NCBI GenBank assembly: GCA_045599645.1
Contig: JAZRWI010000089.1
Coordinates: 33,657 to 97,656, forward strand
Direction of reading: 5' to 3'
Source: Candidatus Avigastranaerophilus sp.
GTDB taxonomy: Bacteria; Muiribacteriota; Ozemobacteria; Ozemobacterales; Ozemobacteraceae
DNA: 64,000 bases
A model generated the notes under the pieces. The model saw nothing but the letters and a program-made list of their open reading frames with translations, did not search any database and was not told where the DNA came from. How positions within the stretch are numbered: position 1 is the stretch's first letter; every line of letters starts with the position of its first letter. Made by a program: the position numbers and the translations under genes. Of this stretch, positions 63,459 through 64,000 are shown piece after piece.

Positions 63459-64000
63459 TTAATTGTTGATAAGATAGATAAAACTACGATTATTGCCCTG
63501 TCGTTTTATTATTTTTTTCTTAAGCAGACTCTTTAATATGAGAATTGTTGTTGTCTGAGATTTACAAATGGCTTTCTGAATTGCAATTCGAGAGGCCTTA
63601 GAGTTGGATTTTAAATAATTAACAACTTTCTTTTCTGTATCAGATAGATTGTGATTTTGAAAATCGGAATTGGAAATATCAGAGAACTCTTTTTCTCTAT
63701 GAAAATTTTTATTTGGCAAAGTAATTTTAAAAGAGTTAGGTCCGATTTCTATTTTGGGCTTTATTGAAAAATCGTTGTATGCATTCATTATTTTTGAAAT
63801 TCCTACTCCATAAGATTCTACTAGTTTCAGCCTGTAAAAAATATTTGCCAGATTTGAATTTCTTGAAGAAGACACACCAATCATAATGTCTTCAAAAGAC
63901 ATGCCGGATAAAAGGCCACCTATATTCAATATTTCCAGTCTGTCATCAAACAAGCTAATCAATATAGGACTATTATACGAGTAATCTCTATGTACAATGG
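63459..64000 (-). CDS. C-terminal part of a Schlafen/AlbA_2-type ATP-binding putative transcriptional regulator (COG2865-like), N-terminus outside the window
   Basis: The track ORF starts at TTG 63962, but the frame stays open upstream to the window edge (..IVHRDYSYNSPILISLFDDRLEILNIGGL..). This matches the HRDYS..I..F.DR.EI.N.GGL motif of the family. A C-terminal winged-helix-like region follows. Confidence 0.75.
   Translation of the reverse strand, partial: IVHRDYSYNSPILISLFDDRLEILNIGGLLSGMSFEDIMIGVSSSRNSNLANIFYRLKLVESYGVGISKIMNAYNDFSIKPKIEIGPNSFKITLPNKNFHREKEFSDISNSDFQNHNLSDTEKKVVNYLKSNSKASRIAIQKAICKSQTTTILILKSLLKKKIIKRQGNNRSFIYLINN

Noticed and set aside
63342-63536. The 64-aa hydrophobic plus-strand ORF.
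   Set aside because: It is an AT-rich intergenic and antisense reading that overlaps the 3' end of the Schlafen/AlbA-type gene, with no supporting signals.

Overview
All calls come from reading the sequence and from motif recognition. No homology search or computation was run.

This is a moderately AT-rich bacterial chromosomal window. An SLH-domain OmpM-type porin, YadA-type autotransporters and PilB/PilT homologues point to a diderm, probably of the OmpM-using Terrabacteria kind.

**Main content**
- Two tandem giant trimeric-autotransporter adhesin (TAA) genes (about 4,780 and 3,240 aa) fill about 24 kb, from 19.0 to 43.3 kb.
- Unusual non-coding DNA surrounds them: long arrays of 7-bp tandem units interleaved with conserved cores of about 100 bp. 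Some arrays form G-quadruplex motifs.

**Left of the adhesins**
- A minus-strand operon of unknown function. It includes an edge-truncated ORF of more than 835 aa that is missing from the supplied track.
- A roughly 7-kb HlyD / binding-protein / double-ABC exporter cassette bracketed by 45-bp direct repeats.
- ackA.
- A small accessory islet: a PIN toxin-antitoxin pair, a methyltransferase, an AAA ATPase, and a DUF4869-like plus P-loop/TOPRIM-like gene pair.

**Right of the adhesins**
- A fused double GT4 glycosyltransferase with an in-frame 54-bp repeat insertion.
- A repeat element bounded by inverted repeats that fills a convergent intergenic region.
- A J-like/TPR/cold-shock fusion protein, a FecR-like protein and HU.
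- A catalytically degenerate PilB-like protein next to an intact PilT.
- A GNAT acetyltransferase, a STAS/PP2C/kinase partner-switching module and a serine hydrolase.
- An OmpM-like SLH porin whose frame is broken in a (GT)10 tract, followed by a GLUG-type lipoprotein.
- A HepT/MNT toxin-antitoxin pair and an edge-truncated Schlafen/AlbA-type regulator.

**Best candidates for something new**
- The heptamer-array/core element family flanking the adhesin locus.
- The periplasmic post-anchor tails of the adhesins.
- The repeat-bracketed exporter cassette with no visible substrate.
- The DUF4869-like/ATPase pair.
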